Shown: piece after piece, positions 1-8,961 of the stretch
Position numbering within the stretch: position 1 is the first letter of the stretch
Layout of the letters: the number at the start of each line of letters is the position of its first letter
NCBI GenBank assembly: GCA_014872655.1
Contig: WHHJ01000003.1
Coordinates: 863 to 64,862 of the forward strand
Source of the DNA: Clostridia bacterium
GTDB taxonomy: Bacteria; Bacillota; Clostridia; Oscillospirales; UBA644
Length of the DNA stretch: 64,000 nt
Reading direction: 5' to 3'
Translations under genes and position numbers: made by a program
Notes under the pieces: generated by a model
Told to the model about the DNA's origin: nothing
Seen by the model: the letters and a program-made list of their open reading frames with translations, nothing else
Databases searched by the model: none

Positions 1-2226
1 GCCCGCTTTATAAGCGGCCAACGTTTTTTCTTTCAGGCCGCCGATAGGCAGGACTTTGCCCGTGATAGATATTTCTCCGGTCATTGCAACATCTCGGCGT
101 ACTTTTTTCCCGCTTAATCGGCTCAATACTGCCGTTGCCATGGCGCATCCGGCGCTGGGACCATCCTTCGGCGTCGCCCCGTCCGGAACATGAATATGGA
201 TATCTTTATCTTTGTAGAAGGTCTCCGATACGCCCAGTTGCTTTGCATTGGCTCGAATGTAGCTGACGGCTGCTTTGGCTGATTCTTTCATCACATCACC
301 GATACTTCCGGTGATTTCGGTTTTTCCTGTCCCATCCATCACATTGACTTCAATTGGAAGAATCGCTCCGCCTGTTTCCGTATAGGCCAATCCGGTGACC
401 ACCCCAATCAGGTCTTTGTTCGGGATTTTTTCCGGAGGAATTTTAGACGCACCTAAAAAGTCGTTGAGGTTTTGGGCGTGAATCTGTATGGGAAGCTGCG
501 CTTGCTGTTCCACAATCTGCACTGCTACCTGCGAGCAGATGTTTTTGATTTCTCGTTCCAATCGGCGGACGCCGCCCTCATTGGTATATTCTGTAATGAT
601 CTTTTTCAATGCGTCATCCGCAATTTTTAACTGATTGGTTTTTAATCCGCACTGTGTTAACTGTTTGGGAATCAGATATTTTTTTGCAATATGTAATTTT
701 TCGTCGTAAGTATAGCTGGAAAGTCTGACAATATCCATACGATCCCGTAGCGGTGCCGGAATATTTTCCTCATAATTTGCCGTAGTGATAAAAATAACTT
801 TGCTCAAATCAAACGGCATGTCGATATAGTGATCTTTAAACGCTTTATTTTGTTCGGGGTCCAGTACTTCTAAAAGAGCAGAGGCCGGATCACCTTTATA
901 ATCGTGTCCGAGCTTGTCAATTTCATCTAAAAGAATCACCGGATTGGATGTCCCGGCGCGTTTGACGGCATCCATAATAACGCCGGGCATAGAACCTAAA
1001 TAGGTGCGCCGATGTCCGCGGATTTCACTCTCGTCGTAGACGCCTCCTAAGGACAATCGTTCAAATTTTCTGCCCATGGCTTTGGCAATACTGGCACTGA
1101 CAGAGGTTTTTCCGGTTCCCGGAGGCCCTACCAGACACAGAATCGATCCTTTGGTATCTGGATTTAAAATGCGTACGGCAAGAAAACGGAGAATGCTTTG
1201 TTTGACCTTTTCCAATCCGTAATGTTCTTTATCCAGCAGTTTTCGCGCTTCTGCCAGATCTGTCTTGTCGGTGCTGTATTGGCTCCAGGGTAATTCCAGA
1301 CAAGCCTGCATATAACTGCGGATGATGGCCGCTTCGGAAGAGTATGGACCCATTTTGGAAAAACGATCCAATTCTGTCTGCATGACCTTTTTTCCTTCTT
1401 CGGGCATTTTGGACTCTTCAATCTTTTTGCGGAAATCGAGGATTTCCGGGTCAGAATCCGGCGAATCGTCCAATTCTTCCCGGATGACATCCAACTGATC
1501 TCTAAGATATTTTTCCCGCATGGTTTCCTGTGTGCGCATCGCAATTTTTTTGTTGATTTCATATTCGATTTTGATAATATCAATATCTTTCAGCAGTGTC
1601 TGAGTCAATTGCTGTGCACGCTCGACCGGGTCCAGAATTTGGAGCAGCCCTTGTTTGATATCATTGCGAAACGGGCAATATTGTGCCATTCTGTCCGTTA
1701 ATTTTCCAATCGTTTTTGCGGCCTGGATAAAGGAGGCAATGGTTTTGTTGAAGTGTTCGGTCATCTCGGCGTATTTCCGAAAAGTTTGGGTCAGCGTTTT
1801 ACATAGCGCTTCTGTTTGGAGATCGGCATCGATTGCCGGATCCTCTTCGGGCAGGATTTCAATGAGTCCCGATGTGTGACCGTTGTTGTCTGAAAAACTT
1901 TCTTCCGTCAAAAAGCCTCGACCTGTCCCGTACAGAATAACACCCGTTTCAGCGGAATCTGTTTGAATCAGGTTTTTTACCTGTGCAACAATACCGGTTT
2001 GTTCGATTTGCTTTTCAGAAGTCGATACTGCGTCTTCGGTTGGATGCTGATAGGTCAAAAATACAGGAAGGTTCTGTTCCATTGCTGTTTTACAATCGTT
2101 TAAAATTTCACGGTTAGATAATTGTAAATCAATTCTGGAACCGGGAAAGGTGACTTCTTCTATCAGTAAAATCGGCATCCGGATTTTGGTTCCGGAAGCC
2201 CATGGATTTTGTTGGTTGGTTTGCAT
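1..2226 (-). CDS. lon: ATP-dependent Lon protease (LonA type); C-terminus lies beyond the window edge
   Basis: This ORF is not in the ORF track because it runs off the edge. Manual minus-strand translation gives the Walker A region LVGPPGTGKTSVSASIAKAMGRKFERLSLGGVYDESEIRGHRRTY (about 1000-1140). It also gives the catalytic-Ser motif PKDGPSAG (about 150-200) and DVAMTGEISITGKVLPIGGLKEKTLAAYKAG (1-100). The start is ATG 2226 or the in-frame ATG 2178 (MPILLIEEVTFPG). Confidence 0.9.
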   Translation of the reverse strand, partial: MQTNQQNPWASGTKIRMPILLIEEVTFPGSRIDLQLSNREILNDCKTAMEQNLPVFLTYQHPTEDAVSTSEKQIEQTGIVAQVKNLIQTDSAETGVILYGTGRGFLTEESFSDNNGHTSGLIEILPEEDPAIDADLQTEALCKTLTQTFRKYAEMTEHFNKTIASFIQAAKTIGKLTDRMAQYCPFRNDIKQGLLQILDPVERAQQLTQTLLKDIDIIKIEYEINKKIAMRTQETMREKYLRDQLDVIREELDDSPDSDPEILDFRKKIEESKMPEEGKKVMQTELDRFSKMGPYSSEAAIIRSYMQACLELPWSQYSTDKTDLAEARKLLDKEHYGLEKVKQSILRFLAVRILNPDTKGSILCLVGPPGTGKTSVSASIAKAMGRKFERLSLGGVYDESEIRGHRRTYLGSMPGVIMDAVKRAGTSNPVILLDEIDKLGHDYKGDPASALLEVLDPEQNKAFKDHYIDMPFDLSKVIFITTANYEENIPAPLRDRMDIVRLSSYTYDEKLHIAKKYLIPKQLTQCGLKTNQLKIADDALKKIITEYTNEGGVRRLEREIKNICSQVAVQIVEQQAQLPIQIHAQNLNDFLGASKIPPEKIPNKDLIGVVTGLAYTETGGAILPIEVNVMDGTGKTEITGSIGDVMKESAKAAVSYIRANAKQLGVSETFYKDKDIHIHVPDGATPKDGPSAGCAMATAVLSRLSGKKVRRDVAMTGEISITGKVLPIGGLKEKTLAAYKAG

Positions 2227-2252
2227 ATACTCTTTTCGCTCTTTTCTGTCTT

Positions 2253-3560
2253 TTATTTTCCGGAAACTGTAATTCCGCCTATTTTTACCCAAGGCAGAAC
2301 AAAGCATCCGTCACAAAGGGTCTGTTTAGATATTTGACGGACATTTTGAAGCATCTGGGCCAGATTGGCCGAAAACATCGTTTCACTCAGGGCACCGGTG
2401 ATCTTTCCGTTTTCGATTAAAAAACTATTCTTCATCACTCCTGAAAGATCTCCGTCCACTCCCGGGCTTCCGCCGGATATCCGGTTAAGCAAAATGCCGT
2501 AGGAGGTGCTTTGAATCATTTCCTCCAAATCGGTTTGCCCCGGTTGCATCACATAGCATCCGCCGTAGTTTTTGCTTCGTTGCAGTCCGGTCCGCTTGGC
2601 TCCGTAACGGGAGAGCGTAAAATTTTTGAGAATGCCGTTTTCGATCAGTGGCATATCTTCTGCCACATACCCGTCGGAAGTAAAAAAGTATCCGTCCACA
2701 ATTTGCTCGCTGCGTGGTCGGCACCAAATCGTGACTTGCGGCGCTGCAACCGGTTGGTTGATTTTGTCCCGGAACAGGGAAGTTCCGTTAATCAAAACAT
2801 TGTCGGATAGAAAGTTCCCTTCTACTAGTTCGAGCAAATCGTCCATACATTGCGGGGAGACGATAATATCCGCGGTTGCTGTTTTTCCGGGATTGATCGT
2901 GTGGATTTGTCTTTGCGTTTGATCCAGTATCTGTGCTGTTCCGGCCATTTGCATAAACGGAACATTTGGATCCGTAAAAACAGCTCCCGCGCTGTTGAAG
3001 GAAGATGTGTTCTTCTCTTCGACGCCCATAAACATGGCATTGAACGAATATAAGCCTCTTTTGCTTTGCAGGCGGGTTCCGTTTGAATTTTGATACAAGA
3101 CGTCCGTAAACAAATGGTCCGCGGAAATCGAATCAAACGAAATATGGGGATAATCCTGTTTTGTTTGTTGAATAAAATGGTCTAAATTTGTATATAACGA
3201 TTGTTTATCCGGCTCAAACACGCCGCATTCAAACGACTGCTGTGCGGGTTCATCGCAGACGCCGTTTGCTTCATCCGGCGTTGCAGACGCTGCGGACTGC
3301 ATCACGGTTTCAATCGCGGCATCCAGATTACTTTCATCTAAAACATTCGTGGAAAAGACGCCTTTCTTTTGATCCTTGACCACTTTTATAGACAATCCTT
3401 CGTTAAAGCTGGTTCGGAGCATACTGATTCGGTCGGATGCGCACGAAAATTCTGTGAGTGTGCTGTTTGTGACCGTGCATTCGTATTCGTCGGCGCCTGC
3501 TGCTTTTAATTTCTCTAAAATTTGTTGGGATAATTGTTCTTTTTCTGTTTGATTCATCAT
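2253..3560 (-). CDS. pmbA: PmbA/TldE-family metalloprotease subunit
   Basis: The 435-aa ORF has PmbA/TldD-family length and a C-terminal glycine-rich region. Its ATG directly abuts the tldD stop (TAA 3561-3563), which is the classic TldD/TldE pairing. Confidence 0.8.
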   Translation of the reverse strand: MMNQTEKEQLSQQILEKLKAAGADEYECTVTNSTLTEFSCASDRISMLRTSFNEGLSIKVVKDQKKGVFSTNVLDESNLDAAIETVMQSAASATPDEANGVCDEPAQQSFECGVFEPDKQSLYTNLDHFIQQTKQDYPHISFDSISADHLFTDVLYQNSNGTRLQSKRGLYSFNAMFMGVEEKNTSSFNSAGAVFTDPNVPFMQMAGTAQILDQTQRQIHTINPGKTATADIIVSPQCMDDLLELVEGNFLSDNVLINGTSLFRDKINQPVAAPQVTIWCRPRSEQIVDGYFFTSDGYVAEDMPLIENGILKNFTLSRYGAKRTGLQRSKNYGGCYVMQPGQTDLEEMIQSTSYGILLNRISGGSPGVDGDLSGVMKNSFLIENGKITGALSETMFSANLAQMLQNVRQISKQTLCDGCFVLPWVKIGGITVSGK

Positions 3561-4964
3561 TTATCGTCCTCCGACATTGACCTTACATTTAATGGCAGGA
3601 CCTGCCATGCCAACGGGAATTGCTTGTTTTTTTCCGCACATGCCTGTGCTGACCCATGAGATATCATCCGACAGCATCGTCACGGTTTTCAGCATTTCAA
3701 AGGCGACGCCGGATATTGTAGTGCTGCGGATAGGTCTGCCCAGCTTGCCGTTTTTGATTTCGTATCCCATGTCGATACCAAACATAAACTCTCCGGTGCT
3801 GTCTGCTTGTCCGTTGCCGGTCTTGGTGAAAAAGTATCCGTCGTCTATGGATTCAATCATCTGTTCTAATTTTGAAGTTCCCGGTAAAATAACGGTATTG
3901 CGCATCCGGATCAGCGGCTCATCAGAAAAGGCAAATGCCCGTGCGTTACCGGTTGGCTCTGTGTTGAAAAATGCGGCGGATTCTCTGTTGTGCATATAGT
4001 GCTTCAGAATGCCGTTTTCAATGATCGTTACATCTTTTGCCTGAATGCCCTCATCGTCGGTGTAGACCGGAATCGGACACTGTTTACCAAATGCGGTGTG
4101 TGCAAAATCGACCATGGTAACCAGTTCAGAAGCCACTTGTTTTCCCAGATACGGTCCTGCGACCGACCCGGCCTGTACAAAGTCTGCTTCAGTGGTATGT
4201 CCCACAGCCTCGTGGGCCAACATTCCCGCTAAATCGGGGTGTAAGATGCACTCCTTGATCCCTGGTTGAGCATAAACGCCTTCGCATTTACGCATCAGCT
4301 GTTCATACAGTTCATCTGCTTGTTGTTTTAATGATTCCTGTTCGGTGAATACTTCGGTAAAATTGCCGAATGTGCCCAACGATTGCGTTAATTCGATGGG
4401 ATTTCCATCCTTATCCGCCGCCGTCATCATAAAATATAAACTGGCATGAGGCGTTAACTGATGGGAAAAGGTTCCCTCCGAGGTAACCAGCATTTTTTCC
4501 ATGTCGAGGCACGGGCTGAACACCGTTCGGCTAAGCAGTTTTGGATATTTCTTTTGTATATAATCATCCAATTCCGCGCAAAATTCAATGATGTGCTTTT
4601 GGTTGACATCCTCGTTAGACGTGGTGCACCGTAAAGATTCTTCGGTGGAGGGACAGACAGAAAAGTCCGGCTTTTTAGCGGATTGTCTCTGGTCCAGAAA
4701 ATCCGCATTTTCTTTTGCAGACTGTAAAACTTGGCGGACGGCCTCATCGTCCATCGAGGGTGCAGATGCAAATCCGTAGGAACCTTTCTGGTAAATGCGG
4801 GCGCAAACACCCTGTGCAGAAGAGGACGTGTTTGCAATGAGTTTTCCGTCAATAAATCCAACTTTTTTGGATGTGTTTCTTTGTAACCGGAGTTCAGTGT
4901 ATTGGCCGGATATTTGATTCAAATATTTTTTTAAATCTTTCTGTATCATAGGATAATCCTTCAT
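3561..4964 (-). CDS. tldD: TldD metalloprotease
   Basis: The 467-aa ORF carries the HEAVGH zinc motif (LAHEAVGHTTEADF). Its start overlaps the murD stop in an ATGA overlap at 4961-4964. Confidence 0.85.
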   Translation of the reverse strand: MKDYPMIQKDLKKYLNQISGQYTELRLQRNTSKKVGFIDGKLIANTSSSAQGVCARIYQKGSYGFASAPSMDDEAVRQVLQSAKENADFLDQRQSAKKPDFSVCPSTEESLRCTTSNEDVNQKHIIEFCAELDDYIQKKYPKLLSRTVFSPCLDMEKMLVTSEGTFSHQLTPHASLYFMMTAADKDGNPIELTQSLGTFGNFTEVFTEQESLKQQADELYEQLMRKCEGVYAQPGIKECILHPDLAGMLAHEAVGHTTEADFVQAGSVAGPYLGKQVASELVTMVDFAHTAFGKQCPIPVYTDDEGIQAKDVTIIENGILKHYMHNRESAAFFNTEPTGNARAFAFSDEPLIRMRNTVILPGTSKLEQMIESIDDGYFFTKTGNGQADSTGEFMFGIDMGYEIKNGKLGRPIRSTTISGVAFEMLKTVTMLSDDISWVSTGMCGKKQAIPVGMAGPAIKCKVNVGGR

Positions 4965-6361
4965 TCTATTGAGTTTTGAACAAGTTGTTTAAAATATTTT
5001 CCGCGTTCTTCAAAATTTTTAAAATAGCCGTAACTGGCAGCGGCAGGCGAAAACAAGCAAGAGCCGTCGGCCGTAATTTGTTTGGCTAACCGGACCGCCT
5101 GCTGGAGGTCTTCCACATAATAAATTTGACTGGTGTGAGGGTTCTTGATAACCTCTTCGTAAATACGCTTTCCGCTCTCATATGCAAAAATAATATTTTC
5201 GATTTTTGTCTGTGTTAGGAATTGAATCAGCGGGGTGTAATCAATGCCTCGGTCCATCCCGCCGATAATCATCGTTTTTAAATCCGGCAACGTTTGTGCG
5301 TTTAGAACAGTAGACTGCGGGATCGTAGATATAGAATCGTTATAATATCGCACTCCACAAAAGGTTCCCACATATTCCATGCGGTGTTCCAGCCCGCGAA
5401 ATGTTTGCACGGCGCGGATGGCATCTTCTGTACTAATGCCGAACATTTTTGAAATGGTGACGGCAACTGCGATATTCCATAAGTTATGTTGTCCGGGCAA
5501 AGTTGTTTTCATTCGTTCAAGCGGAATCTCTTCTTGCTCGGTAACCGTATTGGCACAGACGGTTTTAGGCAACTGCAGCATAGAATCCGACACCGCGCAG
5601 AAGTTTTGCTCTTTCATGGAGTGCCCGATATAAATCTTCTTTTGAGGAAGATTTTGCACAATTTCCATGTCGATGTCCGGGCAAGTATTGCTGATAAACA
5701 GGGTATCTTCCGGCTTTTGATATAAAAAGATATGATACTTTGCCTGCTTGTAAGCTTCATAACTGTCATAGTGGTCCAGATGGTCGGGATACAAATTAAC
5801 CAGTACCGCAATCCGGGGAGAAGAAGAGGTGTATTCCAGCTGATGGCAGGACATTTCGCTGACGATAATCGTATTCGGCTCGATCTTGTCAATGTCTGAA
5901 AAGACCGGCGTTCCGATATTCCCGTTTAGCTTTACATCTTTCCCGTTTTCGTGCAGAATATGATAAATTAAAGAAGATGTTGTGCTTTTGCCTTTTGTTC
6001 CGGTTACACCGATGGTGGGATTGGGACAAAAACGTAAGAATAAATCGGTTTGACAGGTGATCTTGTTGCGGATTTCCTGGTTTGAAAAATGCAGCAACGC
6101 AATCCCGGGCGTTTTCATAATGATGTCCCAGTTACCATACAAGCTATCCAGATACTGTTTTCCAAAAAAACAGGTACAACCTGTTAATAGATTGGTATCA
6201 GCCTCTTTTTGTCGCGGATCGTTTTGGTCTGCAACGGCGATTTCTTTACATGAAACATTCTGTGTTAAAAAATGATAAGTACTGCGTCCTTCGCGACCAA
6301 AACCTAAAATCAGTACTCGTTTATTGGTAAAAAAATCAATCAAATCTTGTTTGAATCCCAT
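4961..6361 (-). CDS. murD: UDP-N-acetylmuramoyl-L-alanine--glutamate ligase (MurD family; D- or L-Glu specificity unresolved)
   Basis: The 466-aa ORF shows the Mur ligase P-loop GVTGTKGKSTT, LPGQHNLWN, GLEHRMEYV, YYNDSISTIP and the C-terminal FSPAAASYGYFKNFEERG. Confidence 0.85.
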   Translation of the reverse strand: MGFKQDLIDFFTNKRVLILGFGREGRSTYHFLTQNVSCKEIAVADQNDPRQKEADTNLLTGCTCFFGKQYLDSLYGNWDIIMKTPGIALLHFSNQEIRNKITCQTDLFLRFCPNPTIGVTGTKGKSTTSSLIYHILHENGKDVKLNGNIGTPVFSDIDKIEPNTIIVSEMSCHQLEYTSSSPRIAVLVNLYPDHLDHYDSYEAYKQAKYHIFLYQKPEDTLFISNTCPDIDMEIVQNLPQKKIYIGHSMKEQNFCAVSDSMLQLPKTVCANTVTEQEEIPLERMKTTLPGQHNLWNIAVAVTISKMFGISTEDAIRAVQTFRGLEHRMEYVGTFCGVRYYNDSISTIPQSTVLNAQTLPDLKTMIIGGMDRGIDYTPLIQFLTQTKIENIIFAYESGKRIYEEVIKNPHTSQIYYVEDLQQAVRLAKQITADGSCLFSPAAASYGYFKNFEERGKYFKQLVQNSIE

Positions 6362-7872
6362 TGAAGTTCCTCTTTTAAAAATGCCGGCACATTGTTGTCC
6401 GGGTCAAAGTAATGTTCCACTCCGGACATGTCAAAGTACGGGTCGTAATATGAATGTTTATAAATTTGAAGCAAAAGCGGAAGATCTTTTTGTTCCGTTT
6501 CGTACCGGTCGATTGTCTTGGTTAAGGCGGTGTTGATTTCGTCTCTGGTTCCGATACACTCAAACGGTTTGTCGAATTGATCACAGACCAAGCCGTCAAA
6601 AAACTGGATCATTTCTTCGTCATTCAACAGGTTTTTTCCAAAAACGGCAATCAGTTGTTCTTCTGCAACAAAAGGTGCTAACATGATATAAGTAAATAGG
6701 CATTTAGAACATTTTGCACACCAGATGTTTTGTTTGGAGCCGAGATTGCAACTTTTAAAGATGTCGAGGTATCGTGGATATTGCGTGAAGATTTTTACAA
6801 TATTCCATTCATTCAGCGGTCGTAGCAGACTGAAATATTCAATCTGGCTGGTCAGTTCTCTATTGCAAAATTGACGGAAATCGTTTTCAAATTCCAAGCT
6901 TTTAGAATATTGATGATTGATGGTCGTTCCCTTTACATAAGTGTCGTTTGCGCTGGATTCGTTAGACAATACGATATACTTCTTCTTTTTGAAAAGAGCA
7001 CACAGATACGCCGAAAAAGCAACAATGGCCGAAAACGGGGTATGACCGTTAAAGAATCCGTCCTTATTCATTTGGATAATTTGTAAATCGAGGTTGCGTT
7101 GGAATCGACAAATATTGTGATCCGAAAATCCTGCAGCATGCGCGGTTTGAACCGGCGCACCGGTCAAGTTGATTACAAAACAATCGGATTGATCGTGGTG
7201 GGGTCGCATCAATTCCATGGTAACTACGGAGTCTTTTCCGCCTCCCACTGGAATCAAGTATCCGGAAAACGGAGAGTTTGAATTGTGTGCTTGCCCATAT
7301 GAAGAATCTCTTGTTTCAGAAGTAAATGAATTTATGAGCTTCTCTTCAGAAATACCACGTGCCTGTACTTGTTTTGTCGTTGAAAAGTCTTTGCTTGATG
7401 ATGTTGTTTTTTCGTTATCTTCAATCGTTGTCTTTTGCTGAGTTTGAGGAACAGAACAAATTTGCATAAACTGGTCTATTGTTGTATGGATTTGATTCCG
7501 GTAAAAAAATTCTCCCAATCCGTTGAAGAAGAGTTTTTTCAGCCAACCGTTTGCATAATCGGAAATCGTTCCGCACAGGATTTCGACCGTTGGTGAGCAG
7601 CAACACTTCCAATAACTGATTAATTCGATGCAGCCCAGAAAAAAGATCGTTTTTTCAATCCATTCTTTATGTTCATTGTTCTGATATACTGTATAGGAAA
7701 AAGGAATGTCCCAAGTCGGAGTGAAAGTCCGAAAATCGGCAACTCCATCTGGGCTTCTTTTTTTCTGTATAAAGGTATAGCGGATACGCATGCCGGCTTC
7801 AGTAGGCTCCGTTTGATATTGGAGGTACTGGAAGACCGGGTAGTCTTTACGCATTTGTTCAAAATCTGCCAT
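6340..7872 (-). CDS. PP-loop (adenine nucleotide alpha-hydrolase-like) ATPase, function unproven; candidate MurL-type UDP-MurNAc-L-Ala-L-Glu epimerase
   Basis: The 510-aa ORF has a central LIPVGGGKDS motif (an SGGxDS-type PP-loop) and a downstream CAKCSKC cysteine cluster. A Ser/Thr/Gln-rich linker follows an N-terminal domain. The ORF overlaps the murD start by 22 nt. Confidence 0.55.
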   Translation of the reverse strand: MADFEQMRKDYPVFQYLQYQTEPTEAGMRIRYTFIQKKRSPDGVADFRTFTPTWDIPFSYTVYQNNEHKEWIEKTIFFLGCIELISYWKCCCSPTVEILCGTISDYANGWLKKLFFNGLGEFFYRNQIHTTIDQFMQICSVPQTQQKTTIEDNEKTTSSSKDFSTTKQVQARGISEEKLINSFTSETRDSSYGQAHNSNSPFSGYLIPVGGGKDSVVTMELMRPHHDQSDCFVINLTGAPVQTAHAAGFSDHNICRFQRNLDLQIIQMNKDGFFNGHTPFSAIVAFSAYLCALFKKKKYIVLSNESSANDTYVKGTTINHQYSKSLEFENDFRQFCNRELTSQIEYFSLLRPLNEWNIVKIFTQYPRYLDIFKSCNLGSKQNIWCAKCSKCLFTYIMLAPFVAEEQLIAVFGKNLLNDEEMIQFFDGLVCDQFDKPFECIGTRDEINTALTKTIDRYETEQKDLPLLLQIYKHSYYDPYFDMSGVEHYFDPDNNVPAFLKEELQWDSNKI

Positions 7873-7928
7873 GGGATCCCTCCGCTCTGTATTTTATAAG
7901 TAACACGAATACTTATCCATAGTAATAT

Positions 7929-7957
7929 ATTATATCATATGCAATTAAAAAATGCAA
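7929..7957 (-). promoter_or_regulatory. sigma70/sigmaA-type promoter for the PP-loop-murD-tldD-pmbA block
   Basis: The minus strand reads TTGCAT (7957-7952), 17 nt, then TATAAT (7934-7929), about 55 nt upstream of ATG 7872. Confidence 0.5.
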
Positions 7958-8206
7958 GAAATATGTGTGCCTTTTTTGTGTAATCAATCAGAGTGTTTTT
8001 TTCTTTTTTTGGAGTTTTGTTGTGGCTTTTTGATTTTATAGATAGTCCCTGATGTTTAGAGATATTTTGTGGTTTATTGTTTTGTTGTTTATAACTCCAA
8101 TTCAACTGTATCATTTTAATTATGTTTTAGACTGTTTTTTTATTTGTGAAATGTGTCGAAATCCGTCCGATTTTTCGTTTTTATCTTGAAAAAGGGAAGA
8201 TTCTGC

Positions 8207-8236
8207 TTGACAACAGCGTTGATTTGTTGGTATAAT
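8207..8236 (+). promoter_or_regulatory. sigmaA-type promoter
   Basis: TTGACA (8207-8212), 18 nt, then TATAAT (8231-8236), preceded by TGG (extended -10). It lies about 40 nt upstream of ATG 8278. Confidence 0.55.
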
Positions 8237-8277
8237 GTGAACAGAATGTTTGATTGTATATGAAGGAAGGGTGCGAA

Positions 8278-8700
8278 ATGAAACCACAGTCTAAAATTGA
8301 TGTTTTGATCTCAAGAGCAAAAACGATCACTGATGCAGATCCAACCGCAAAATCTTTGAATACGTTAGGTTCGGCGTTGTTTGTAGTGTGTGTGGTTCTG
8401 GGAATTGCCGCGCTTATTTTTGGAATTGGTTTTTTTGCAGTTAGCGTTGTAGATACTTTAAAGCCGGAACAGACCTCAATCATTGTTTTGATTTCCTGTG
8501 TGGTAGGCGCTGTATTGTTGATTGTTTTTGGATATATATTGAAATTAGTGATTAAAGGCTTTGCCTATGTGGTGCAGTATAACAGTGAAACAGCAATTGC
8601 AGCTCGGTTACAGGCCGAGGCAAGTATTTACGAGCTGAAAAAACAGGAATTAAAAGAGCAGCGTGCTGCAGAAGAGTCTTCTGGGCCGGAAGCATTTTGA
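8278..8700 (+). CDS. small membrane protein (two predicted TM helices, charged coiled C-terminus), unknown function
   Basis: The tracked ORF is 8254-8700. The ATG at 8278 is preferred because it sits behind GAAGGAAGGG. Hydrophobic stretches are LGSALFVVCVVLGIAALIFGIGFFAV and IIVLISCVVGAVLLIVFGYIL. Confidence 0.6.
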   Translation: MKPQSKIDVLISRAKTITDADPTAKSLNTLGSALFVVCVVLGIAALIFGIGFFAVSVVDTLKPEQTSIIVLISCVVGAVLLIVFGYILKLVIKGFAYVVQYNSETAIAARLQAEASIYELKKQELKEQRAAEESSGPEAF

Positions 8701-8718
8701 TTTGATTCAGTAAATAGA

Positions 8719-8756
8719 GAAGAGTCTGGCAATATTGATTGCCGGCTCTTTTTTTC
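8719..8756 (+). terminator. rho-independent terminator
   Basis: The stem AGAGTCTGGCA / TGCCGGCTCT (one bulge) is followed by a T7 run. Confidence 0.6.
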
Positions 8757-8893
8757 TGTAAAACAGTTTTTTATAAGGGTTTTGTTTTGTGGGCTTTTTG
8801 CGACTTTCAAAGATTGAATTTGCAACGTCTGACAAGAATAGAAACAAATTGCAAAAAAACATTGGAAATTGTTATGATTTCAAACCGTATCTC

Positions 8894-8922
8894 TTGATTT
8901 TTTACATATAATATGGTAAAAT
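8894..8922 (+). promoter_or_regulatory. candidate sigmaA promoter of the maf-mre cluster
   Basis: TTGATT (8894-8899), 17 nt, then TAAAAT (8917-8922) with an upstream TGG. Confidence 0.4.
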
Positions 8923-8961
8923 AAACAGAATAAATATAATTGTAGTGATAGGTGAGACAGC

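Noticed and set aside
1164-1583. 139-aa minus-strand ORF from the track
   Set aside because: It lies out of frame inside the clearly recognisable Lon coding sequence, where Walker A and the protease motifs read through in another minus-strand frame. It has a basic, low-complexity composition typical of a shadow ORF.
7958-8206. GT/T-rich 250-nt stretch upstream of the divergent promoters as a possible repeat array or small RNA
   Set aside because: No regular repeat unit, stable hairpin or ORF could be defined. It is most simply an AT-rich divergent promoter spacer.
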